DNA of 64,000 nt from Euglena gracilis (lineage: Eukaryota). Below the pieces are notes generated by a model. It searched no databases and was not told where the DNA came from. It saw only the letters and a program-made list of their open reading frames with translations. Positions 24,621 to 36,600 of the stretch are shown piece after piece. Where the stretch lies: assembly GCA_039621445.1 (NCBI GenBank), contig CP154954.1:41285572-41349571 (forward strand), read 5' to 3'. The position numbers and the translations under genes were made by a program. How positions within the stretch are numbered: the stretch's first letter is position 1; the number at the start of each line of letters is the position of its first letter.

Positions 24621-27600
24621 GCACTCTTTGGCACCGCCCATTTTTTTGGCATTGAGGCAATCTGGCCCCGAAAATCTCCCCCCCAACCAACCAATTTATA
24701 CCAAAAAAGCAGCCAAAATTTTGCTATTTGGGGGTGTTGACCATCAACCGTTCTGGTGATAACGGGGTTTTGGGGGGTGGGGAACCCAGCTGGCCTGGTC
24801 CCGGGGGCTGGACGCACTCTTTGGCACCCCCCATTTTTTGGCATTGAGGCAATCTGGCCCCGAAAATCACCCCCGCCCCCAACCAACCGACCAATTTATA
24901 CCAAAAATGCAGCCAAAATTTTGCTATTTGGGGGCGTTGACCATCAACCGTTCTGGTGATAACGGGGTCTTGGGGGGTGGGGAACCCAGCTGGCCTGGTC
25001 CCGGGGGCTGGACGCACTCTTTGGCACCCCCCATTTTTTGGCATTGAGGCAATCTGGCCCCGAAAATCACCCCCGCCCCCAACCAACCAACCAATTTATA
25101 CCAAAAAAATTGGCAAAATTTTGCTATTTGGGGGCGTTGACCATCAACCGTTCTGGTGATAACGGGGTTCTGGAGGGTGGGGAACCCAGCTGGCCTGGTC
25201 CCGGGGGCTGGACACACTCTTTGGCACCGCCAATTTTTTGGCATTGAGGCAATCTGGCCCCGAAAATCACCCCCCCAACCAACCGACCAATTTATACCAA
25301 AAAAATTGCCAAAAATTTTGCTATTTGGGGGTGTTGACCATCAACCGTTCTGGTGATGCCAGTTGGCCTGGTCCCGGGGGCTGGACGCACTCTTTGGCAC
25401 CCCCCATTTTTTGGCATTGAGGCAATCCGGCCCCGAAAATCACCCCCGCCCCCAACCAACCAACCAATTTATACCAAAAAAATTGGCAAAATTTTGCTAT
25501 TTGGGGGCGTTGACCATCAACCGTTCTGGTGATAACGGGGTTTTGGGGGGTGGGGAACCCAGCTGGCCTGGTCCCGGGGGCTGGACGCACTCTTTGGCAC
25601 CCCCCATTTTTTGGCATTGAGGCAATCTGGCCCCGAAAATCACCCCCGCCCCCAACCAACCGACCAATTTATACCAAAAAAATTGCCAAAAATTTTGCTA
25701 TTTGGGGGTGTTGACCATCAAGCGTTCTGGTGATAACGGGGTTTTGGGGGGTGGGGAACCCAGCTGGCCTGGTCCCGGGGGCTGGGCGCACTCTTTGGCT
25801 CCCCCATTTTTTGGCACTGAGGCAATCCGGCCCCGAAAATCCCCCCCCCCCCCCCCCCCCAAATTAAATCCACCCCAGCCCCCCCCCCCCAGAATTTCCC
25901 CCCCCCCCCAAAATCCCCCCCGCGACCCCCACCCCCAACCCAAAAACCCACCTAACACCNATTTATACCAAAAAAATTGCCAAAAATTTTGCTATTTGGG
26001 GGCGTTGACCATCAACCGTTCTGGTGATAACGGGGTCTTGGGGGGTGGGGAACCCAGCTGGCCTGGTCCCGGGGGCTGGACGCACTCTTTGGCACCCCCC
26101 ATTTTTTGGCATTGAGGCAATCTGGCCCCGAAAATCCCCCCCCCAAACCAACCAACCGACCAATTTATACCAAAAAAATTGCCAAAAATTTTGCTATTTG
26201 GGGGCGTTGACCATCAAGCGTTCTGGTGATAACGGGGTTTTGGGGGGGTGGGGAACCCAGCTGGCCTGGTCCCGGGGGCTGGGCGCCCTCTTTGGCTCCC
26301 CCATTTTTTGGCACTGAGGCAATCCGGCCCCGAAAATCCCCCCCCCAAACCAACCAACCGACCAATTTATACCAAAAAAATTGCCAAAAATTTTGCTATT
26401 TGGGGGTGTTGACCATCAAGCGTTCTGGTGATAACGGGGTTTTGGGGGGTGGGGAACCCAGCTGGCCTGGTCCCGGGGGCTGGACGCACTCTTTGGCACC
26501 CCCCATTTTTTGGCATTGAGGCAATCTGGCCCCGAAAATCACCCCCGCCCCCAACCAACCGACCAATTTATACCAAAAAAATTGCCAAAAGTTTTGCCAT
26601 TTGGGGGTTTTGACCATCAACCGTTCTGGTGATAACGGGGTTTTGGGGGGTGGGGAACCTAGCTGGCCTGGTCCCGGGGGCTGGACGCACTCTTTGGCAC
26701 CCCCAATTTTTTGGCATTGAGGCAATCTGGCCCCGAAAATCCCCCCCCCAACCAACCAACCGACCAATTTATACCAAAAAGATTGCCAAAAATTTTGCTA
26801 TTTGGGGGTGTTGACCATCAAGCGTTCTGGTGATAACGGGGTTTTGGGGGGTGGGGAACCCAGCTGGCCTGGTCCCGGGGGCTGGACGCACTCTTTGGCA
26901 CCCCCCATTTTTTGGCATTGAGGCAATCTGGCCCCGAAAATCCCCCCCCCCCCACACCGACCAATTTATACCAAAAAAGCAGCCAAAATTTTGCTATTTG
27001 GGGGTGTTGACCATCAACCGTTCTGGTGATAACGGGGTTTTGGGGGGTGGGGAACCCAGCTGGCCTGGTCCCGGGGGCTGGACGCACTCTTTGGCACCCC
27101 CCATTTTTTGGCATTGAGGCAATCTGGCCCCGAAAATCACCCCCGCCCCCAACCAACCGACCATCTTATACCAAAAAAATTGCCAAAAATTTTGCTATTT
27201 GGGGGTGTTGACCATCAAGCGTTCTGGTGATAACGGGGTTTTGGGGGGTGGGGAACCCAGCTGGCCTGGTCCCGGGGGCTGGGCGCACTCTTTGGCTCCC
27301 CCATTTTTTGGCACTGAGGCAATCCGGCCCCGAAAATCCCCCCCCCCCCAAACCAACCAACCGACCAATTTATACCAAAAAAATTGCAAAAATTTTGCTA
27401 TTTGGGGGCGTTGACCATCAACCGTTCTGGTGATAACGGGGTCTTGGGGGGTGGGGAACCCAGCTGGCCTGGTCCCGGGGGCTGGACGCACTCTTTGGCA
27501 CCCCCCATTTTTTGGCATTGAGGCAATCTGGCCCCGAAAATCCCCCCCCCCAAACCAACCAACCGACCAATTTATACCAAAAAAATTGCCAAAAATTTTG

Positions 27601-30600
27601 CTATTTGGGGGCGTTGACCATCAAGCGTTCTGGTGATAACGGGGTTTTGGGGGGTGGGGAACCCAGCTGGCCTGGTCCCGGGGGCTGGGCGCACTCTTTG
27701 GCTCCCCCATTTTTTGGCACTGAGGCAATCCGGCCCCGAAAATCCCCCCCCCAAACCAACCAACCGACCAATTTATACCAAAAAAATTGCCAAAAATTTT
27801 GCTATTTGGGGGTGTTGACCATCAAGCGTTCTGGTGATAACGGGGTTTTGGGGGGTGGGGAACCCAGCTGGCCTGGTCCCGGGGGCTGGACGCACTCTTT
27901 GGCACCCCCCATTTTTTGGCATTGAGGCAATCTGGCCCCGAAAATCACCCCCGCCCCCAACCAACCGACCAATTTATACCAAAAAAATTGCCAAAAGTTT
28001 TGCCATTTGGGGGTTTTGACCATCAACCGTTCTGGTGATAACGGGGTTTTGGGGGGTGGGGAACCTAGCTGGCCTGGTCCCGGGGGCTGGACGCACTCTT
28101 TGGCACCCCCAATTTTTTGGCATTGAGGCAATCTGGCCCCGAAAATCCCCCCCCCAACCAACCAACCGACCAATTTATACCAAAAAGATTGCCAAAAATT
28201 TTGCTATTTGGGGGCGTTGACCATCAGCCGTTCTGGTGATAACGGGGTTTTGGGGGGTGGGGAACCCAGCTGGCCTGGTCCCGGGGGCTGGACGCACTCT
28301 TTGGCACCCCCCATTTTTTGGCATTGAGGCAATCTGGCCCCGAAAATCCCCCCCCCCCACACCGACCAATTTATACCAAAAAAGCAGCCAAAATTTTGCT
28401 ATTTGGGGGTGTTGACCATCAACCGTTCTGGTGATAACGGGGTTTTGGGGGGTGGGGAACCCAGCTGGCCTGGTCCCGGGGGCTGGACGCACTCTTTGGC
28501 ACCGCGCATTTTTTGACATTGAGGCAATCTGGCCCCGAAAATCCCCCCCCCAACCGACCAATTTATACCAAAAAAGCAGCCAAAATTTTGCTATTTGGGG
28601 GTGTTGACCATCAACCGTTCTGGTGATAACGGGGTTTTGGGGGGTGGGTAACCCAGCTGGCCTGGTCCCGGGGGCTGGGCGCACTCTTTGGCTCCCCCCA
28701 TTTTTTGGCACTGAGGCAATCCGGTCCCGAAAATCCCCCCCCCAAACCAACCAACCGACCAATTTATACCATAAAAGCAGCCAAAATTTTGCTATTTGAG
28801 GGTGTTGACCATCAACCGTTCTGGTGATAACGGGGTTTTGGGGGGTGGGGAACCCAGCTGGCCTGGTCCCGGGGGCTGGACGCACTCTTTGGCACCGCCC
28901 ATTTTTTGGCATTGAGGCAATCTGGCCCCGAAAATCACCCCCGCCCCCAACCAACCGACCAATTTATACCAAAAATGCAGCCAAAATTTTGCTATTTGGG
29001 GGTGTTGACCATCAAGCGTTCTGGTGATAACGGGGTTTTGGGGGGTGGGGAACCCAGCTGGCCTGGTCCCGGGGGCTGGACGCACTCTTTGGCACCCCCC
29101 ATTTTTTGGCATTGAGGCAATCTGGCCCCGAAAATCACCCCCGCCCCCAACCAACCGACCAATTTATACCAAAAATGCAGCCAAAATTTTGCTATTTGGG
29201 GGCGTTGACCATCAACCGTTCTGGTGATAACGGGGTTTTGGGGGGTGTGGAACCCAGCTGGCCTGGTCCTGGGGGCTGGACGCACTCTTTGGCACCCCCC
29301 ATTTTTTGACATTGAGGCAATCTGGCCCCGAAAATCACCCCCCCAACCAACCGACCAATTTATACCAAAAAAATTGCCAAAAATTTTGCTATTTGGGGGT
29401 GTTGACCATCAACCGTTCTGGTGATAACGGGGTTTTGGGGGGTGGGGAACCCAGCTGGCCTGGTCCCGGGGGCTGGACGCACTCTTTGGCACCCCCCATT
29501 TTTTGGCATTGAGGCAATCTGGCCCCGAAAATCACCCCCGCCCCCAACCAACCGACCAATTTATACCAAAAAAATTGGCAAAATTTTGCTATTTGGGGGC
29601 GTTGACCATCAACCGTTCTGGTGATAACGGGGTTTTGGGGGGTGGGGAACCCAGCTGGCCTGGTCCCGGGGGCTGGACGCACTCTTTGGCACCCCCCATT
29701 TTTTGGCATTGAGGCAATCTGGCCCCGAAAATCACCCCCGCCCCCAACCAACCGACCAATTTATACCAAAAAAATTGCCAAAAATTTTGCTATTTGGGGG
29801 TGTTGACCATCAAGCGTTCTGGTGATAACGGGGTTTTGGGGGGTGGGGAACCCAGCTGGCCTGGTCCCGGGGGCTGGACGCACTCTTTGGCACCCCCCAT
29901 TTTTTGGCATTGAGGCAATCTGGCCCCGAAAATCCCCCCCCCAAACCAACCAACCGACCAATTTATACCAAAAAAATTGCCAAAAATTTTGCTATTTGGG
30001 GGCGTTGACCATCAAGCGTTCTGGTGATAACGGGGTTTTGGGGGGTGGGGAACCCAGCTGGCCTGGTCCCGGGGGCTGGACGCACTCTTTGGCACCCCCC
30101 CATTTTTTGGCATTGAGGCAATCTGGCCCCGAAAATCACCCCCCCCCCAACCAACCAACCGACCAATTTATACCCAAAAATTGCCAAAAATTTTGCCATT
30201 TGGGGGTGTTGACCATCAAGCGTTCTGGTGATAACGGGGTTTTGGGGGGTGGGGAACCCAGCTGGCCTGGTCCCGGGGGCTGGACGCACTTTTTTGCCCC
30301 CTTCTTTTTTTGGCATTGAGGCAATCTGGCCCCGAAAATCACCCCCCTCAACCAACCGACCAATTTATACCAAAAAAATTGCCAAAAGTTTTGCCATTTG
30401 GGGGTTTTGACCATCAACCGTTCTGGTGATAACGGGGTTTTGGGGGGTGGGGAACCTAGCTGGCCTGGTCCCGGGGGCTGGACGCACTCTTTGGCACCCC
30501 CAATTTTTTGGCATTGAGGCAATCTGGCCCCGAAAATCCCCCCCCCCAACCAACCAACCGACCAATTTATACCAAAAAGATTGCCAAAAATTTTGCTATT

Positions 30601-33600
30601 TGGGGGCGTTGACCATCAGCCGTTCTGGTGATAACGGGGTTTTGGGGGGTGGGGAACCCAGCTGGCCTGGTCCCGGGGGCTGGACGCACTCTTTGGCACC
30701 CCCCATTTTTTGGCATTGAGGCAATCTGGCCCCGAAAACCCCCCCCCCCCCACACCGACCAATTTATACCAAAAAAGTAGCAAAAATTTTGCTATTTGGG
30801 GGTGTTGACCATCAACCGTTCTGGTGATAACGGGGTTTTGGGGGGTGGGGAACCCAGCTGGGTACTTATCTGTTATCGTACGACGGACCCCCCCCCTTTC
30901 GGTTATGGTACGACACCCTTTTTCTGGGTTATTATGGGGTTATTGAAGGAGTAGGGTTAGGTGCGCTCATGCTACAGTGCGCTACATGGCCACGTTGCGC
31001 TACATTGTCACGTTGCGCTACATGGCCGTGTAGCGCAACATGGCCATGTAGCGCTATTATGGGGTTATTGAAGGAGTAGGGTTAGGTGCGCTAATGGTCA
31101 TGTTGCGCTACATGGCCACGTTGCGCTACACGGCCATGTAGCGCAACGTGGCCATGTAGCGCAACGTGGCCATGTAGCGCAAACGTGCATGTGCGCACCT
31201 AACCCTATTCCTTTAATTAACCCTAAATAACCCAAAAAAAGGGTGTCGTACCATAACCGAAAGGGGGGGGGGTCCGTCGTACGATAACAGATAAGTACCC
31301 CCAGCTGGCCTGGTCCCGGGGGCTGGACGCACTCTTTGGCACCCCCCATTTTTTGACATTGAGGCAATCTGGCCCCGAAAATCCCCCCCCCCAACCGACC
31401 AATTTATACCAAAAAAGCAGCCAAAATTTTGCTATTTGGGGGTGTTGACCATCAACCGTTCTGGTGATAACGGGGTTTTGGGGGGTGGGTAACCCAGCTG
31501 GCCTGGTCCCGGGGGATGGGCGCACTCTTTGGCTCCCCCCATTTTTTGGCACTGAGGCAATCCGGTCCCGAAAATCCCCCCCCCAAACCAACCAACCGAC
31601 CAATTTATACCATAAAAGCAGCCAAAATTTTGCTATTTGAGGGTGTTGACCATCAAGCGTTCTGGTGATAACGGGGTTTTGGGGGGTGGGGAACCCAGCT
31701 GGCCTGGTCCCGGGGGCTGGACGCACTCTTTGGCACCCCCCATTTTTTTTGGCTTTGAGGCATTCCGGTCGCGAAAATCACCCCCCCAACCAACCAACCG
31801 ACCAATTTATACCAAAAAAATTGCCAAAAATTTTGCCATTTGGGGGTGTTGACCATCAAGCGTTCTGGTGATGAGGGGGTTTTGGGGGGTGGGGAACCCA
31901 GTTGGCCTGGTCCCGGGGGCTGGGCGCACTCTTTGGCACCGCCCATTTTTTGGCATTGAGGCAATCTGGCCCCGAAAATCACCCCCGCCCCCAACCACCG
32001 ACCAATTTATACCAAAAAAATTGCCAAAAATTTTGCTATTTGGGGGTGTTGACCATCAAGCGTTCTGGTGATAACGGGGTTTTGGGGGGTGGGGAACCCA
32101 GCTGGCCTGGTCCCGGGGGCTGGACGCACTCTTTGGCACCCCCCATTTTTTGGCATTGAGGCAATCTGGCCCCGAAAATCACCCCCGCCCCCAACCAACC
32201 GACCAATTTATACCAAAAAAATTGCCCAAAATTTTGCTATTTGGGGGTGTTGACCATCAAGCGTTCTGGTGATAACGGGGTTTTGGGGGGTGGGGAACCC
32301 AGCTGGCCTGGTCCCGGGGGCTGGACGCACTCTTTGGCACCCCCCATTTTTTGGCATTGAGGCAATCTGGCCCCGAAAATCACCCCCCCAACCAACCAAC
32401 CGACCAATTTATACCAAAAAAATTGCCAAAAATTTTGCTATTTGGGGGTGTTGACCATCAAGCGTTCTGGTGATAACGGGGTTTTGGGGGGTGGGGAACC
32501 CAGCTGGCCTGGTCCCGGGGGCTGGACGCACTCTTTGGCACCCCCCATTTTTTGGCATTGAGGCAATCTGGCCCCGAAAATCACCCCCCCCCAACCAACC
32601 AACCAATTTATACCAAAAAAATTGCCAAAAATTTTGCTATTTGGGGGTGTTGACCATCAAGCGTTCTGGTGATAACGGGGTTTTGGGGGGTGGGGAACCC
32701 AGCTGGCCTGGTCCCGGGGGCTGGACGCACTCTTTGGCACCCCCCATTTTTTGGCATTGAGGCAATCTGGCCCCGAAAATCCCCCCCCCAAACCAACCAA
32801 CCGACCAATTTATACCAAAAAAATTGCCAAAAATTTTGCTATTTGGGGGTGTTGACCATCAAGCGTTCTGGTGATAACGGGGTTTTGGGGGGTGGGGAAC
32901 CCAGCTGGCCTGGTCCCGGGGGCTGGACGCACTCTTTGGCACCCCCCATTTTTTGGCATTGAGGCAATCTGGCCCCGAAAATCACCCCCCCAACCAACCA
33001 ACCGACCAATTTATACCAAAAAAATTGCAAAAATTTTGCCATTTGGGGGTGTTGACCATCAAGCGTTCTGGTGATAACGGGGTTTTGGGGGGTGGGGAAC
33101 CCAGCTGGCCTGGTCCCGGGGGCTGGACGCACTCTTTGGCACCCCCCATTTTTTGGCATTGAGGCAATCTGGCCCCGAAAATCCCCCCCCCCCACACCGA
33201 CCAATTTATACCAAAAAAGCAGCCAAAAATTTTGCTATTTGGGGGTGTTGACCATCAAGCGTTCTGGTGATAACGGGGTTTTGGGGGGTGGGGAACCCAG
33301 CTGGCCTGGTCCCGGGGGCTGGGCGCACTCTTTGGCTCCCCCCATTTTTTGGCATTGAGGCAATCTGGCCCCGAAAATCCCCCCCCCCCCAACCAACCGA
33401 CCAATTTATACCAAAAAAGCAGCCAAAATTTTGCTATTTGGGGGTGTTGACCATCAAGCGTTCTGGTGATAACGGGGTTTTGGGGGGTGGGGAACCCAGC
33501 TGGCCTGGTCCCGGGGGCTGGGCGCACTCTTTGGCTCCCCCCATTTTTTGGCATTGAGGCAATCCGGTCCCGAAAATCCCCCCCCCCAACAACCAACCAA

Positions 33601-36600
33601 CCAATTTATACCAAAAAAATTGCCCAAAATTTTGCTATTTGGGGGTGTTGACCATCAAGCGTTCTGGTGATAACGGGGTTTTGGGGGGTGGGGAACCCAG
33701 CTGGCCTGGTCCCGGGGGCTGGACGCACTCTTTGGCACCCCCCATTTTTTGGCATTGAGGCAATCTGGCCCCGAAAATCACCCCCCCCCAACCAACCAAC
33801 CAATTTATACCAAAAAAGCAGCCAAAAATATTCCTATTAGAGGGTGTTGACCATCAAGCGTTCTGGTGATAACGGGGTTTTGGGGGGTGGGGAACCCAGC
33901 TGGCCTGGTTCCCGGGGGCCTTGGGCGCACTCTTTGGTCAACCCGCCCCCAAGTTTGTTTTTTTTTTTTTTTTTTTTTTGGCATTGAGGCAATCCGGTCC
34001 CGAAAATCACCCCCCCCCAACCGAACAATTTATACCAAAAAAATTGCAAAAATTTTGCCATTTGGGGGTGTTGACCATCAAGCGTTCTGGTGATAACGGG
34101 GTTTTGGGGGGTGGGGAACCCAGCTGGCCTGGTCCCGGGGGCTGGACGCACTCTTTGGCACCCCCCATTTTTTGGCATTGAGGCAATCTGGCCCCGAAAA
34201 TCACCCCCCCAACCAACCAACCAACCAATTTATACCAAAAAAATTGCCAAAAATTTTGCTATTTGGGGGTGTTGACCATCAAGCGTTCTGGTGATAACGG
34301 GGTTTTGGGGGTGGGGAACCCAGCTGGCCTGGTCCCGGGGGCTGGACGCACTCTTTGGCCCCCCCCCATTTTTTGGCATTGAGGCAATCTGGCCCCGAAA
34401 ATCCCCCCCCCCCAACCAACCAACCGACCAATTTATACCCAAAAATTGCCAAAAATTTTGCTATTTGGGGGTGTTGACCATCAAGCGTTCTGGTGATAAC
34501 GGGGTTTTGGGGGGTGGGGAACCCAGCTGGCCTGGTCCCGGGGGCTGGACGCACTCTTTGGCACCCCCCATTTTTTGGCATTGAGGCAATCTGGCCCCGA
34601 AAATCACCCCCCTCAACCAACCGACCAATTTATACCAAAAAAATTGCCAAAATTTTGCCATTTGGGGGTGTTGACCATCAGCCGTTCTGGTGATAACGGG
34701 GTTTTGGGGGGTGGGGAACCCAGCTGGCCTGGTCCCGGGGGCTGGACGCACTCTTTGGCACCGCCCATTTTTTGGCATTGAGGCAATCTGGCCCCGAAAA
34801 TCACCCCCCCCCCCAACCAACCAACCGACCAATTTATACCCAAAAATTGCCAAAAATTTTGCTATTTGGGGGTGTTGACCATCAAGCGTTCTGGTGATAA
34901 CGGGGTTTTGGGGGGTGGGGAACCCAGCTGGCCTGGTCCCGGGGGCTGGACGCACTCTTTGGCACCCCCCATTTTTTGGCATTGAGGCAATCTGGCCCCG
35001 AAAATCACCCCCCCCCCCCAACCAACCAACCAATTTATACCAAAAAAATTGCCAAAAATTTTGCTATTTGGGGGTGTTGACCATCAAGCGTTCTGGTGAT
35101 AACGGGGTTTTGGGGGGTGGGGAACCCAGCTGGCCTGGTCCCGGGGGCTGGACGCACTCTTTGGCACCCCCCATTTTTTGGCATTGAGGCAATCTGGCCC
35201 CGAAAATCCCCCCCCCACACCGACCAATTTATACCAAAAAAGCAGCCAAAATTTTGCTATTTGGGGGTGTTGACCATCAAGCGTTCTGGTGATAACGGGG
35301 TTTTGGGGGGTGGGGAACCCAGCTGGCCTGGTCCCGGGGGCTGGACGCACTCTTTGGCACCCCCCCATTTTTTGGCATTGAGGCAATTTGCCCCCAAAAA
35401 GCACCCCCCCCCCCAACCAACCGACCAATTTATACCAAAAAAGCAGCCAAAAATTTTGCTATTTGGGGGTGTTGACCATCAAGCGTTCTGGTGATAACGG
35501 GGTTTTGGGGGGTGGGGAACCCAGCTGGCCTGGTCCCGGGGGCTGGACGCACTCTTTGGCCCCCCCCCATTTTTTGGCATTGAGGCAATCTGGCCCCGAA
35601 AATCCCCCCCCCACACCGACCAATTTATACCAAAAATGCAGCCAAAATTTTGCTATTTGGGGGTGTTGACCATCAAGCGTTCTGGTGATAACGGGGTTTT
35701 GGGGGGTGGGGAACCCAGCTGGCCTGGTCCCGGGGGCTGGACGCACTCTTTGGCACCCCCCCATTTTTTGGCATTGAGGCAATCTGGCCCCGAAAATCAC
35801 CCCCGCCCCAAACCAACCGACCAATTTATACCAAAAAAATTGCCAAAAATTTTGCTATTTGGGGGTGTTGACCATCAAGCGTTCTGGTGATAACGGGGTT
35901 TTGGGGGGTGGGGAACCCAGCTGGCCTGGTCCCGGGGGCTGGACGCACTCTTTGGCACCGCCCATTTTTTGGCATTGAGGCAATCTGGCCCCGAAAATCA
36001 CCCCCCCCCCCAACCAACCAACCGACCAATTTATACCCAAAAATTGCCAAAAATTTTGCTATTTGGGGGTGTTGACCATCAAGCGTTCTGGTGATAACGG
36101 GGTTTTGGGGGGTGGGGAACCCAGCTGGCCTGGTCCCGGGGGCTGGACGCACTCTTTGGCACCGCCCATTTTTTGGCATTGAGGCAATCCGGTCCCGAAA
36201 ATCACCCCCGCCCCCAACCAACCGACCAATTTATACCAAAAAATTGCCAAAAATTTTGCTATTTGGGGGTGTTGACCATCAAGCGTTCTGGTGATAACGG
36301 GGCTTTGGGGGGTGGGGAACCCAGCTGGCCTGGTCCCGGGGGCTGGACGCACTCTTTGGCACCGCCCATTTTTTGGCATTGAGGCATTCCGGCCCCGAAA
36401 ATCACCCCCCCAACCAACCAACCAACCAATTTATACCAAAAAAATTGCCCAAAATTTTGCTATTTGGGGGTGTTGACCATCAAGCGTTCTGGTGATAACG
36501 GGGTTTTGGGGGGGTGGGGAACCCAGCTGGCCTGGTCCCGGGGGCTGGGCGCACTCTTTGGCACCCCCCATTTTTTGGCATTGAGGCAATCTGGCCCCGA

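Noticed and set aside
25840-25960. Apparent unique insertion in the satellite
   Set aside because: Garbled C-runs ending in an N: assembly gap or low-quality read end; 33830-33980 looks like a similar error
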